Shown here in pieces: positions 9,088-19,448 of a stretch of DNA of 64,000 bases. Below the pieces are notes generated by a model. The model saw only the letters and a list, made by a program, of their open reading frames with translations. It was not told where the DNA came from and searched no databases. Numbering within the stretch: position 1 is the stretch's first letter; every line of letters starts with the position of its first letter. The position numbers and the translations under genes are program-made. Origin of the DNA: Candidatus Omnitrophota bacterium (GTDB taxonomy: Bacteria > Omnitrophota > Gorgyraeia > 2-01-FULL-45-10); NCBI GenBank assembly GCA_030695905.1, contig JAUYOL010000001.1, forward strand, positions 2,023 through 66,022, given 5' to 3'.

Positions 9088-9116
9088 ATTTTATCTTGTT
9101 AACCTTATTAAATCAA
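9088..9116 (-). promoter_or_regulatory. Sigma70 promoter of radical SAM/RiPP cassette (probably leaderless)
   Basis: TTGATT (9116-9111), 17 nt, TAAAAT (9093-9088), 8 nt before ATG 9079; no SD. Confidence 0.6.
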
Positions 9117-9167
9117 GGGGAATTCCACTATTTTAAATTGTGCCAGTGACTATTTATCGAGGGTTTT

Positions 9168-12100
9168 TTAAATGTGCTTTCCGGACGAGAGACTGCTAAT
9201 ATCGACCGTTCCGTGCTTCATCTCATATTTCCATTTCCAAATCGCATATATGGGCGGGTAGACTAATAACTCCATAATAAAACTTGTAAATACACCGCCT
9301 ATCATGGGGGCCGCGATACGTTTCATCATGTCAGCGCCGGTGCCCATGGACCACATGATCGGAATTAAACCCATAAACATAGCCATAACCGTCATCATCT
9401 TCGGCCTTATGCGCTTTACGGCGCCGTGAATTATCGCTTCCTTCAGATCTTCGTATGTCTTCATCCTGCCCTCTCTTACTCTCTCATTATATGAAAGATC
9501 CAGGAATAACAGCATAAAAACACCTGTTTCCGCGTCCAGGCCCATCAGCGCTATCATGCCTACCCAGACAGCGATAGAAATATTGTACCCAAGTATATAC
9601 AGTATCCATATCGCTCCTACGAGGGAGAATGGCACCGCGAGCATGACTATGGAGGCCTTTACCGGAGACTTGGTATTCATGTAGAGCATGACAAATATTA
9701 TAAAAATAGTTATCGGTATCACAAGCTTCAGTCTTTCTCTGACCCGCATCATATTTTCATACTGGCCGCTCCATTGTAAGCTATACCCTGTGGGTATTTT
9801 GAATTCTCTGTTTACTATATTTTTTGCCTCTGTAACGTAACTGCCGATATCGCGGCCGGCAATATCGACATAGACATAACCTGAAAGCATGCCGTTTTCG
9901 TCCCTTATCATGGCGGGGCCCGTGACGAGGTGTATGTCGGCGAGCTGGCCAAGCGGTATCTGCGCGCCGCTCATCGTAGGAACAAGTACGCGGCGAAGTT
10001 TATCCAGATCATCTCTTAATTCACGGGCATAACGCACATTAACCGAATACCGTTCTCTGCCCTCAATAGTAGTTGTAACACCTTCGCCTCCTATCGCTGA
10101 CATTATCACCATTTCAGCATCTTTTATTGTCAGGCCATATCTGGCCAGTTGGTCGCGTTTAATATCAAAATCAACAAAATAACCGCCTGTGACACGCTCG
10201 GCATAGATAGAGCGCGTGCCTTTAACGCCCTTCAAGATCATTTCAAGATGCGTGCCTATTTTTTCTATTTCATCCAGATTCGCGCCGTATATTTTTATTC
10301 CCACAGGCGTGCGCACCCCTGTCGATAGCATGTCTATCCTTGCCTTGATAGGCATGGTCCAGGCATTCGTTACGCCGGGGAATTGGAGTTTTTCGTCCAA
10401 TTCATTTATTATATCTTCCCATGTAATACGATCTCTCCAGATGGCCTTAAACGGCGCCTGTAATATATCCGGCATCCATGAATACCAGCGATGCACTTTT
10501 CTCCATTGATCTTCCGGCTTCAATATTATTGTGGTCTCCATCATGGAAAAAGGCGCCGGGTCCGTGGATGTCTCCGCCCTTCCCGCCTTACCGAATATCC
10601 TCTCAACCTCAGGCACAGTCTTTATAACTTTATCCATGGTCTGAAGCAGCGCCTGAGTCTCTGTTACGGATATGCCGGGTAAAGTGGTGGGCATGTAAAG
10701 TATAGAGCCTTCATTCAAAGGCGGCATGAATTCGTTCCCCAGCTTAAAATATATGGGGATGGTTAAAATCATTAATACTATGGCCGCTATTATTGTGGTC
10801 TTGCGGTATTTCAGGACAAACTTACAGGCAGGTTCATAAATAGCGAATAAAATTTTACTCACAGGATGTTTTTCTTCTGGATAATATTTTCCGACGGTAA
10901 TCGCATTGACTATATTTGATAACCATTTGGGCTTAAAGTGCTTATAATCCATTCTTGTAAAGAGCATGCGCAGCGCAGGGTCGAGCGTGATGGCCAATAT
11001 AGCGGCGATCGCCATGGCCAGGTTTTTGCTGGCCGCGAGCGGCCTGAATAATCTTCCTTCCTGATCGACGAGAGTAAATACCGGCAGGAATGCCACTGCT
11101 ATGACCAGCAACGAAAAGAATACTGATGGGCCCACTTCCTTTAAGGCCTTCAGCCTGACCTCATGAAAATCCCCGACGCGCCCTCCCGACTGCCACAACT
11201 CCAGCTTCTTATAGGCATTCTCCACTTCCACGATTGCCCCGTCGACCAGAACTCCTATTGATATCGCTATGCCGGATAGCGACATGATATTTGAGGTCAA
11301 CTTGAGTCCATATAAAGGTATGAATGAAAGCAGCACCGCAATCGGTATTGTAACAATGGGTATTATAGCGGAAGGAAAATGCCATAAAAATATCAGGATG
11401 ACAATACTTACTATTATCATCTCTTCCGTCAATTGATGCTTCAAGGTGTCGATGGAGCGTTTTATTAACTCCGAGCGGTCGTAAGTGGTAACGAGCGCTA
11501 CCCCTTCGGGTAACGAGGCCTTGACCTCCTGGATCTTTTCTTTAACACTGTTGATCACATTAAGGGCGTTCTCGCCCTGACGCATGACGATTATACCGCC
11601 TACTGTATCGCCCTCGCCATCAAGGTCAGCGACGCCGCGGCGTATATCCGGCCCTAGAACAACCGCGCCGACATTTTTTACTAAAATGGGCACTCCGGAC
11701 TTGTCAACGCTGATAACTATATCCTCGATATCTTTGACGGATTTCGCGTAACCTCTGCCGCGTACCATGTATTCTTTGCCTGAAAATTCCACGAGCCGCC
11801 CGCCAACGTCATTATTTCCGTCGCGGATGGCGTCCACTATTTTAGCTATCGGGATGTTGTACTGCAGAAGAGCGGATGGGTTAACATTGACCTGATATTG
11901 TTTCTGAAAACCGCCTACGGACGCGACTTCTGCCACGCCCGGAACACTCTGCAGCCAATAGCGCAAATACCAATCCTGGAACGACCGAAGTTTTGCCAGG
12001 TCGTTTTTACCGGATTTGTCGACAAGCGCGTATTGGTACACCCAGCCCACGCCTGTCGCGTCAGGCCCCATTTCCGTTTTTACGCCTTCGGGCAATTTGG

Positions 12101-12452
12101 GGATTATCTTGCTTAAGTATTCCAACGTGCGGCTGCGCGCCCAATATATGTCTGTCCCGTCTTTGAATATGACGTATACGTAGGAAAATCCGAAGTCAGA
12201 AAATCCGCGGATCGCCTTGACTTTCGGCGCACCGAGCATCGCGGTTACTATAGGATATGTTACCTGATCTTCGATAATATCGGGTGAGCGGTCCCAGCGC
12301 GAATAGATTATAACCTGGGTATCGGACAGGTCGGGGATAGCATCAAGGGGTATATTCCTGACACAGTATACTGCCGCAACTATGGCCGCAACAGTAAATA
12401 TTATTACTATATATTTATTCTTTGCGGAAAACTCTATTATTCTTTCGATCAT
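9168..12452 (-). CDS. cusA: Cu/Ag efflux RND permease CusA-type
   Basis: LDAIPDLSDTQV, GPDATGVGW, EFMPPLNEG, NAWTMPIKARIDML, RIRPKMMT. Confidence 0.92.
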   Translation of the reverse strand: MIERIIEFSAKNKYIVIIFTVAAIVAAVYCVRNIPLDAIPDLSDTQVIIYSRWDRSPDIIEDQVTYPIVTAMLGAPKVKAIRGFSDFGFSYVYVIFKDGTDIYWARSRTLEYLSKIIPKLPEGVKTEMGPDATGVGWVYQYALVDKSGKNDLAKLRSFQDWYLRYWLQSVPGVAEVASVGGFQKQYQVNVNPSALLQYNIPIAKIVDAIRDGNNDVGGRLVEFSGKEYMVRGRGYAKSVKDIEDIVISVDKSGVPILVKNVGAVVLGPDIRRGVADLDGEGDTVGGIIVMRQGENALNVINSVKEKIQEVKASLPEGVALVTTYDRSELIKRSIDTLKHQLTEEMIIVSIVILIFLWHFPSAIIPIVTIPIAVLLSFIPLYGLKLTSNIMSLSGIAISIGVLVDGAIVEVENAYKKLELWQSGGRVGDFHEVRLKALKEVGPSVFFSLLVIAVAFLPVFTLVDQEGRLFRPLAASKNLAMAIAAILAITLDPALRMLFTRMDYKHFKPKWLSNIVNAITVGKYYPEEKHPVSKILFAIYEPACKFVLKYRKTTIIAAIVLMILTIPIYFKLGNEFMPPLNEGSILYMPTTLPGISVTETQALLQTMDKVIKTVPEVERIFGKAGRAETSTDPAPFSMMETTIILKPEDQWRKVHRWYSWMPDILQAPFKAIWRDRITWEDIINELDEKLQFPGVTNAWTMPIKARIDMLSTGVRTPVGIKIYGANLDEIEKIGTHLEMILKGVKGTRSIYAERVTGGYFVDFDIKRDQLARYGLTIKDAEMVIMSAIGGEGVTTTIEGRERYSVNVRYARELRDDLDKLRRVLVPTMSGAQIPLGQLADIHLVTGPAMIRDENGMLSGYVYVDIAGRDIGSYVTEAKNIVNREFKIPTGYSLQWSGQYENMMRVRERLKLVIPITIFIIFVMLYMNTKSPVKASIVMLAVPFSLVGAIWILYILGYNISIAVWVGMIALMGLDAETGVFMLLFLDLSYNERVREGRMKTYEDLKEAIIHGAVKRIRPKMMTVMAMFMGLIPIMWSMGTGADMMKRIAAPMIGGVFTSFIMELLVYPPIYAIWKWKYEMKHGTVDISSLSSGKHI

Positions 12453-12453
12453 A

Positions 12454-13710
12454 TTATTGGCCGTGTTTGTGTTCGGCGCTTTGGGATGCGGCCTTTAACT
12501 TGCTTTCCGAATCTATCAGAAAATTGCCGCTCGTTATCACTATATCGCCTTCTTTCAAACCATCCAACACTTCATAATAACCTTCGGCCTTGGGGCCCAG
12601 CCTGACTTCGCGCGACTCCAAAACGCCGCTTTCTTCCGACAGGTAGACTATCTTTCTTAAGCCCGTATCCAGAACAGCGTCTTGAGGCACCGCCAATTTT
12701 TCGCCCATGTTTTCTTTGATCTTGGCGTTAACAAACATCTCCGGTTTTAATTTGTCGTCAGGATTCGGTATCTTCACCCGCACCTGATTGGTTCTTGTCG
12801 CAGGATCCAGCACCGGATTAATGGAAACTACAACGCCTTTGAATATTTCGCCCGGATAAGCAACCGCCTCTATCTCTACAGGTGTGCCGACTTTAACAAG
12901 GCCTATCTCGTATTCATAGATAGCTACATAAGCCCATACGCTTTCTCCTTTTGCGGGAAGGTAAAGGCTCGTATCGGCTTTTCTTGAATTTTGCAATTCG
13001 ACTATCTGTTCATCGCTCATGCCGAGAAGCTTCAACTTGCGGCGAGCTGCCTGCGTAAGCGACTTTGCCCTTTCCACAACATCCAAAAGCGGCGAATCCT
13101 TCACATTATCTTCATTCTTAATTGCTTGAATAAATTCTTCCTGCGTTACCATCAATTGCGGGTCATACGCTATCTTGCCCGACGCGCGTATGGCCCTTAT
13201 TAATTCTAATCTTTTGACGAGCTCGGTTCTCACCCCTATAAGCTGTTGTTTTTCAGGGCTTATCATCACGGTGGTACCGGAAACTGCTGCGGCTTGCGGC
13301 TGTTTTGTTATCTGGATGACCTTGCCGCTGGCCGTAGATATTACCTCTCCGCAAATAGGGCAGATTATCCTTTCGCCCGGTTTCAGCATCGTCTTCACGT
13401 ACATGGTGCAATCTTTCATCGTGCAATCGTGTTCTATGCATACTTCTTCTAAGCTTTTTTCCGGCGCCTGCGTTACGGTTTTTGCGGGCTCCGGGGATTT
13501 TTCTATCTTCACTAATTTCATGCCGCATATAGGACAATCACCAGGCCTGTCTGATGTGTATGCCGGATGCATAGGACAACGGTACACGACCTTGTCTTGA
13601 CCTGAAACGGTGCCTTCTTTTTGGGCGCATCCTTGAATTACAAACGATATGCCAAAAATCAGTACAAGCGCCGTTATCACTACTATAATATTCTTGCTAT
13701 TTTTTCTCAT
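12454..13710 (-). CDS. cusB: CusB-like periplasmic adaptor with heavy-metal-binding domain
   Basis: YRCPMHP...PGDCPICGMKL, LKPEMF, GNFLIDSESKL; start ATG 13710. Confidence 0.88.
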   Translation of the reverse strand: MRKNSKNIIVVITALVLIFGISFVIQGCAQKEGTVSGQDKVVYRCPMHPAYTSDRPGDCPICGMKLVKIEKSPEPAKTVTQAPEKSLEEVCIEHDCTMKDCTMYVKTMLKPGERIICPICGEVISTASGKVIQITKQPQAAAVSGTTVMISPEKQQLIGVRTELVKRLELIRAIRASGKIAYDPQLMVTQEEFIQAIKNEDNVKDSPLLDVVERAKSLTQAARRKLKLLGMSDEQIVELQNSRKADTSLYLPAKGESVWAYVAIYEYEIGLVKVGTPVEIEAVAYPGEIFKGVVVSINPVLDPATRTNQVRVKIPNPDDKLKPEMFVNAKIKENMGEKLAVPQDAVLDTGLRKIVYLSEESGVLESREVRLGPKAEGYYEVLDGLKEGDIVITSGNFLIDSESKLKAASQSAEHKHGQ

Positions 13711-14986
13711 TAGCTTCCTTCTCCTGTAATTCATCTAAAGTAATACCCATAGCCTTTTCAAGATCGGCAAGCGCTATCCTAAGTTCTAAGATCGCCTTGT
13801 AGTGGTCGATCTTAAAGTCTTCCAGATTACGCTGGCTGTCTAATAATGTCAGAAAATCTGTTACCCCCGAAGAATAGCCTTTTAACGAGGCCTTTACGGT
13901 CTCGTCTGCCTGCGGAAGAAAGGCCGTCTCATACAACTCCACCACTTTTTTATTGGCTTCCACTCTCGCGTGAGCATCCCTTACGTTGAACAAAACCATA
14001 TTTTCTTTAGCTCTGTATTCCGCCTTTAACATATCAAGTTCGGCCTTCATCTCTTTTACGCCGAAAGCCTGTTTTTGAAAAAACCAAAGCGGCACCGTAA
14101 CGCCGAGCATGCCTGCCCACATTCTTTTTTCAGTCTTGTCGGGCCCGACCATCTGTCTGAATCTTACGACAAAGTTCGGCATGAATTCATTGATCGACAA
14201 ATCATATGCTGCTTTGCCCCTCTCTATGCCGTACCGGTACGCCTTAAGCTCCGGGTTATAAAATTGCGCGGTCGCATAGAATTTTTCGAGCGGATAATTA
14301 AACGAAATTGCGTCCTCAGCCGAAGGAAGCCCCATCTCTTCCTTAGGGTCTCTGTTCATGAGGGTATTGATCTTAGCCTGCGCGGAGAGCCTTTTCTGCT
14401 CGAGCATAATAAGTTCATTATCTATCTTTGCCAGTTCCACCTGGGCCCTCAAAGCGTCGGCTTGCGTCCCGGTATCTGTCGAATATCTTGCGGTTGCGCT
14501 TTCTGAGAATTGTTCGAGAAGATTTTTCTGGTCCTTTATCACATCAATTGATTTATAGATGAGAGAGAGTTCCGCATAGGCACTCTTGACTTGTGATATT
14601 ATCTCTCTCTCTTTAGTTTTATAATTTTCATACGCCATCTTCGCCAATTTTGACGCTATCTTAGCGCGCAAATACAATTTCGTCGGGAAGGGGATCTCCT
14701 GCGTGATGCCGTAGGTAGTCATCGGTTTGCCGCTTAAGTCTCTGTCTGCGGTGATTCTATCATATTCCATATCGAACATCGGATCATCCAGGCTTGCCGC
14801 CTGCCAGATTCTGGCGCTCGCTGCTTCATACGCTCTTTTGACTACGGAAATTTCGGGGTTAGACTTGAGAGTCTCGTCGATAGTGGCTTTTAGGGTAAAT
14901 GACCCTTCTGCAAAGGCATCATAATAGCCCAGCATGACACCCCCCAGAATCAAAATAAGAATTATAGCTATATATCTAATCTTCAT
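13697..14986 (-). CDS. TolC-family outer-membrane efflux protein
   Basis: NPEI/NPEL repeats, TQEIPFPTKL, upstream of adaptor and RND genes. Confidence 0.88.
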   Translation of the reverse strand: MKIRYIAIILILILGGVMLGYYDAFAEGSFTLKATIDETLKSNPEISVVKRAYEAASARIWQAASLDDPMFDMEYDRITADRDLSGKPMTTYGITQEIPFPTKLYLRAKIASKLAKMAYENYKTKEREIISQVKSAYAELSLIYKSIDVIKDQKNLLEQFSESATARYSTDTGTQADALRAQVELAKIDNELIMLEQKRLSAQAKINTLMNRDPKEEMGLPSAEDAISFNYPLEKFYATAQFYNPELKAYRYGIERGKAAYDLSINEFMPNFVVRFRQMVGPDKTEKRMWAGMLGVTVPLWFFQKQAFGVKEMKAELDMLKAEYRAKENMVLFNVRDAHARVEANKKVVELYETAFLPQADETVKASLKGYSSGVTDFLTLLDSQRNLEDFKIDHYKAILELRIALADLEKAMGITLDELQEKEANEKK

Positions 14987-15070
14987 ATAATTATGTTATT
15001 ATCGCAAATATAGCACATGAAACTTGTTTTGGCAAATACCGGCTCTTAACCGCCATAGTATAATCTGCTC

Positions 15071-17290
15071 TTATCCGCTTCTTTTGTACCTTCTCATTAA
15101 CAAAGAGTTTCCTACTACCGAAACAGAACTAAATGCCATTGCCGCCCCAGCTATCATTGGATTCAGCAAAAATCCTGTAAAAGGATAGAGCAGCCCCGCG
15201 GCAATGGGTATTCCGACAATATTATAAAAAAACGCCCAAAAGAGGTTCTGCCTTATTTTACTCATGGTATATCCCGACAATTCAATAGCAGCGACCACAT
15301 CCCGCAGGTCATCCTTTATCAAAGTAATATCCCCGGATTCAAGGGCTACGTCCGTACCTGAACCTATAGCAATACCCAAATCCGCCTGCGTCAGGGCAGG
15401 GGCATCATTTAGTCCATCGCCAACGAACGCGACTTTTATCCCTTCGGATTGTAAGCGCACGATCTCCTTTAGTTTTTCTCCCGGCAGTACTTCGGTTAAA
15501 ACTTTATCTATGCCCAGCTCCTTCGCAATTACCTGCACTGTGCGCCTATTATCTCCCGACATTATAAGTATTTCTTTCCCCATTTTTTTAAGTCTAGAGA
15601 TTGTATCATGCGCAAAATTTTTTAAACTATCTCTGAACGCCAAGAGCCCAGTTAACTTTTCATCTTTTATTAAATACACTACGGTCTTGCCTTCATTTTC
15701 CAACCTTCTCACATCCTCTTCCGCCATGCGGACATCAATACTTTTCTTTTGCATGAGGCTGCGGTTTCCCACAATAATTTCGCTGCCATTTATACTGCCT
15801 ACTATGCCATTGCCCGGCAAAGACACGAATTTATCTACCGAATAAAGAGAAATTTTATTCGACTTCGCGGCGTTTATAACGGCTTCGGCTAAAGGATGTC
15901 CCGATTTGTTTTCTAAAGATACGCCGAGCCGTAAAACTTCCCGTTCGTCACAATTGTAAGTTTTTATATCCGTAAGCTGCGGCTTACCAATAGTCAGGGT
16001 CCCGGTCTTATCGAATATTACTACCTTAACCTGCCCGGCTATTTGTAAAGAGGCCGCGTTTTTGATAATAATCCCATTTTCCGCGGCCTTACCCGTGCCT
16101 ACCATAACAGCCGTTGGTGTTGCTAATCCCAATGAGCATGGGCAAGCAATGATTAGTACGGATATAAAAGCACTTAGCGCAAAAACAAAATCTTTTCCTA
16201 AAAAAATCCAGCCAAAAAACGAAAGGCAGGCAATTATCAATACTGTTGGAACAAAGATGGCGGCGATTTTGTCTGCCAACTGCTGAACAGGAGCCTTAGA
16301 CCCCTGCGCTTCTTCAACCAACTTTATTATCTGGGCCAGAGTTGTTTCGCGGCCCACCTTTGTCGCTTTAAATTTAAATGATCCGCTTTTATTTATTGTT
16401 CCCCCGATTACGGTATCGCCAATTGTCTTTTCAACCGGCATGCTTTCACCTGTGACCATAGACTCATCTACGCTTGAATAACCTTCGATGATCTTGCCAT
16501 CAACCGGAATTTTTTCTCCGGGCTTAACTATAATGATGTCACCTATAATTAATTCCTCAACGGGCATTTTTTCTTCCATGCCATTTCTTACAGTGGCGGC
16601 TATTTTTGGCTTAAGACCCATCAGTTTTTTGATCGCTTGTGATGTTTTCCTTTTGGAAATCGATTCGAGGTATTTTCCCAACAAGATAAAAGTGGGCAGA
16701 AAAGCGGCTACTTCATAATAAAGATTTTGCATGCCAAATGACTTATCCTGTGACCATATCATAATGCTTACAAATAGACTATACAGGTAAGCGCTCCCCA
16801 CCCCCAAAGCCACCAGGGTATCCATGCTGGCTCGATGTAGTTTAACTATGGTAGAAAATCCTCGACTGAAAAATTGATAGCTGCAGATTAAAACCCCTGT
16901 CGCCAAAATAAACTGCCATAATGCCATGGCCTCCATAACAAACTCAGGAACTGGTAAATCAACACAGGAACCCATCGAGATATACATCAGTGTGGAGGAG
17001 AGCGTTACCGCTATAATAAATTTTAATTTTAAGCGGTTTGTTTCTTTATCGGATTGTCTTTCCCTATTTAAAGAGGCATCTTCGGGCTCCGCGCTATAGC
17101 CTGTTTTTTTAATCGCTGTTATGATATCGAGTGTATTTATTGTTTCGGGATTATACTCTATATATGCCTTTTCTGAAGCAAAATTGACACGAGCGTTCTC
17201 GATGCCCTTAAATTTCTTTAAAGAGATCTCTATATTGGCTGCGCAGGAGACGCAATGCATCCCGAAAATATTTAAAATGATTTTTTTCAT
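15071..17290 (-). CDS. copA: Cu(I)-translocating P1B-type ATPase
   Basis: GMHCVSC HMA domain, [24 protein letters not shown] and MxxSS. Confidence 0.93.
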   Translation of the reverse strand: MKKIILNIFGMHCVSCAANIEISLKKFKGIENARVNFASEKAYIEYNPETINTLDIITAIKKTGYSAEPEDASLNRERQSDKETNRLKLKFIIAVTLSSTLMYISMGSCVDLPVPEFVMEAMALWQFILATGVLICSYQFFSRGFSTIVKLHRASMDTLVALGVGSAYLYSLFVSIMIWSQDKSFGMQNLYYEVAAFLPTFILLGKYLESISKRKTSQAIKKLMGLKPKIAATVRNGMEEKMPVEELIIGDIIIVKPGEKIPVDGKIIEGYSSVDESMVTGESMPVEKTIGDTVIGGTINKSGSFKFKATKVGRETTLAQIIKLVEEAQGSKAPVQQLADKIAAIFVPTVLIIACLSFFGWIFLGKDFVFALSAFISVLIIACPCSLGLATPTAVMVGTGKAAENGIIIKNAASLQIAGQVKVVIFDKTGTLTIGKPQLTDIKTYNCDEREVLRLGVSLENKSGHPLAEAVINAAKSNKISLYSVDKFVSLPGNGIVGSINGSEIIVGNRSLMQKKSIDVRMAEEDVRRLENEGKTVVYLIKDEKLTGLLAFRDSLKNFAHDTISRLKKMGKEILIMSGDNRRTVQVIAKELGIDKVLTEVLPGEKLKEIVRLQSEGIKVAFVGDGLNDAPALTQADLGIAIGSGTDVALESGDITLIKDDLRDVVAAIELSGYTMSKIRQNLFWAFFYNIVGIPIAAGLLYPFTGFLLNPMIAGAAMAFSSVSVVGNSLLMRRYKRSG

Positions 17291-18348
17291 TATTTGATTC
17301 CCATTTGCAGAAGATATTTCTTTACACTTAGGGATGCCTTAGCCCCTTCTCCCGAAGCGATAATTATTCTTTTTCCAAAACAATTGGTAACATCGCCGCA
17401 AGCGAATATGCCTTCGACATTGGTGGAACAGTCGGGGTTTATTGCTATTTCTCCTTTTTCATTTAACTTAACCAGGTCCCTGCAAAATTCAGTGTTTGGA
17501 ATAAAGCCCATCTCGATGAATACGCCACTACAGGAGACCTGTTTTGTTGTCAACTTATCGGAAGATTGGATGACAACACCATCTATTCTATCTTCCCCTT
17601 TGATTTCAATAACAGTATTGTTCTCGATGATATTTACAGCACCGCCCCTTTTAAGCTCTTTAATATTATATGGGTTGGCGGTAAGCCTATCTTTTGATAT
17701 AAGCGATACTTTGCATCCCGCATTTTTAAGTTCGGTAGCTGCCCCAACAGCAAAATCTCCTCCCCCCACAACAACTACATCTGCTTCTTTAAATAACGCG
17801 GCGTCCTGGACATAATAATATGAAACTCCGCGCCTCACAAACTTCTCTTCACCTGGTACACCCAGTGTCTTTTGTTTTATCCCTGTAGCAATGATAAGCG
17901 CATAAGTAGTTATGCTGCTTTCGTCCTTGGTAAATACCTCAAAAATGTTTCCTTTCCGGATAATCTTAACAACTTCGTCTATCTTGTGCTCTAAGTAATG
18001 CTCATGTAAAAATTGACGCTCAAATTTCTCCACGAGCTCTTTCCCGCTAATAAAATCAAAACCCATGTAGTTTTTAATTTTTGCGCTGTTAATAGCCTGA
18101 CCGCCGATATTATTTGTTACCACGAAAGTGTCGATTTTTAAAGCAGACGCATAAACAGCTGCTGTCAATCCTGCCGGGCCTGCGCCGATAATAACCAGGT
18201 CGTAAACATATTTCGCCATGGCCTCCTCTGAAGACCCCTTAAATTTTTCCAAGCATCCCTTGGAACAAAAAAAGTATTTTTTGCCTCCAATCTCAAAAAC
18301 GAATTGTTCGCTTTCCACTCTCATGCCGCAAATAGGGTCTTTGATCAT
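17290..18348 (-). CDS. YHS domain fused to thioredoxin-reductase-like flavoprotein (active-site CxxC absent)
   Basis: DPICGM...YFFCSKGC; [24 protein letters not shown]; GVSYYYVQD where TrxB has GVSYCxxCD. Confidence 0.85.
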   Translation of the reverse strand: MIKDPICGMRVESEQFVFEIGGKKYFFCSKGCLEKFKGSSEEAMAKYVYDLVIIGAGPAGLTAAVYASALKIDTFVVTNNIGGQAINSAKIKNYMGFDFISGKELVEKFERQFLHEHYLEHKIDEVVKIIRKGNIFEVFTKDESSITTYALIIATGIKQKTLGVPGEEKFVRRGVSYYYVQDAALFKEADVVVVGGGDFAVGAATELKNAGCKVSLISKDRLTANPYNIKELKRGGAVNIIENNTVIEIKGEDRIDGVVIQSSDKLTTKQVSCSGVFIEMGFIPNTEFCRDLVKLNEKGEIAINPDCSTNVEGIFACGDVTNCFGKRIIIASGEGAKASLSVKKYLLQMGIK

Positions 18349-18405
18349 TCGAGCCCTCCTTTATTTAAAGAGTGAATGAAAAGATTTAAATCAAGATCCT
18401 TCTAA

Positions 18406-18564
18406 TCAGTGCTTGCTGCCATGCTCGGTATTTTCATGTATAAGGCTATGCTCGATTGCGCCTATTCTTAAACATATATCAACAAGCGTGATGGTTGTAA
18501 AAATAATATATACAACGCCGGCGGCTACTAATAGTTTCCAGTAAATGGGCTTTATTTTATTCAT
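18406..18564 (-). CDS. Small single-TM protein with His-rich tail, 52 aa (absent from the ORF track)
   Basis: MNKIKPIYWKLLVAAGVVYIIFTTITLVDICLRIGAIEHSLIHENTEHGSKH; purine-rich upstream; co-oriented in operon. Confidence 0.65.
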   Translation of the reverse strand: MNKIKPIYWKLLVAAGVVYIIFTTITLVDICLRIGAIEHSLIHENTEHGSKH

Positions 18565-18582
18565 AACCTTTTCCCTCATTTG

Positions 18583-18918
18583 TTAACGCGTATGGCCTTC
18601 ATGTGTTGTATGTTCGCCGCTGGTAACCTCTTTCGCCTTTGCGATATATTTCTCCGGATTATTTTTGAATGCGTCGATGCACATCGGGCAGCAGAAATTG
18701 TAGATCTTGCCCTTATGTTCATAAGTCGTGTTTCCGTCCACTTCTTCACCGCTTATAGGGCAGGTCTTATTGCCTACATTAACGGCATCTGTGTCCTGCG
18801 CATATGCTTGACCTGAATCTTTATGGCTATCCATATCACACGACATGGCAAAAGATATCCCGCTCATCCCGAAAATAACTATCGCCGCAAACAATATAAT
18901 TTTTATTTTACCGATCAT
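18583..18918 (-). CDS. Exported YHS-domain metal-binding protein
   Basis: Signal peptide; GNKTCPISGE, YNFCCPMCIDAFKNNPEKY; His-rich end. Confidence 0.85.
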   Translation of the reverse strand: MIGKIKIILFAAIVIFGMSGISFAMSCDMDSHKDSGQAYAQDTDAVNVGNKTCPISGEEVDGNTTYEHKGKIYNFCCPMCIDAFKNNPEKYIAKAKEVTSGEHTTHEGHTR

Positions 18919-19082
18919 CTTAATCTCCTTCCGTTATCTTTTTTCCATTTTTACTATTTCACTATGGGCAGTTTAACGTCTTGCCCCGGACAATATACAG
19001 CACCCTTCTTTACAACGCGCCACGGGTCTAATAAGCCAACGAATATAGTTTCTCGCCATTTTGATCATCCCCCTTTCTGATA

Positions 19083-19370
19083 TCAGCTCGTCTTTCTAAA
19101 TTTGGAGATTGTCTCCACCACTTCATTGATTTTCTTTAACTTTTCTATCTCGGACTTTCCTTTAAGAGCGGTGACAACACAGCCTTCCACATGCTTTTTG
19201 AAAATCTCATCCTCAACCCTGTAGAGCGCGCCTATGATAGAGCGTATCTGGGTAATGATATCTATGCAGTATCTTCTTTCCTCAATCATATGCTGTATGC
19301 CGCGGATCTGGCCTTCGATCTTGTTTAAAAACTTTATCTGCTCTTCATGCGTGGTTATCTGTTTTTTCAT
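19083..19370 (-). CDS. csoR: CsoR-family copper-sensing repressor
   Basis: IEGQIRGI, RYCIDIITQ, HVEGC (C-H-C ligands). Confidence 0.88.
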   Translation of the reverse strand: MKKQITTHEEQIKFLNKIEGQIRGIQHMIEERRYCIDIITQIRSIIGALYRVEDEIFKKHVEGCVVTALKGKSEIEKLKKINEVVETISKFRKTS

Positions 19371-19398
19371 AGATATGCTCTCCTTTTTATACAGTGTA

Positions 19399-19428
19399 AG
19401 TATACCATACCCCCCTATGGTATGTCAA
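19399..19428 (-). promoter_or_regulatory. Copper operon promoter with CsoR operator
   Basis: TTGACA-18-TATACT; perfect inverted repeat ATACCATA-CCCCCC-TATGGTAT (19402-19423), a G/C-tract CsoR-type operator. Confidence 0.85.
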
Positions 19429-19448
19429 GTATTAAAAAATAAATGCGG

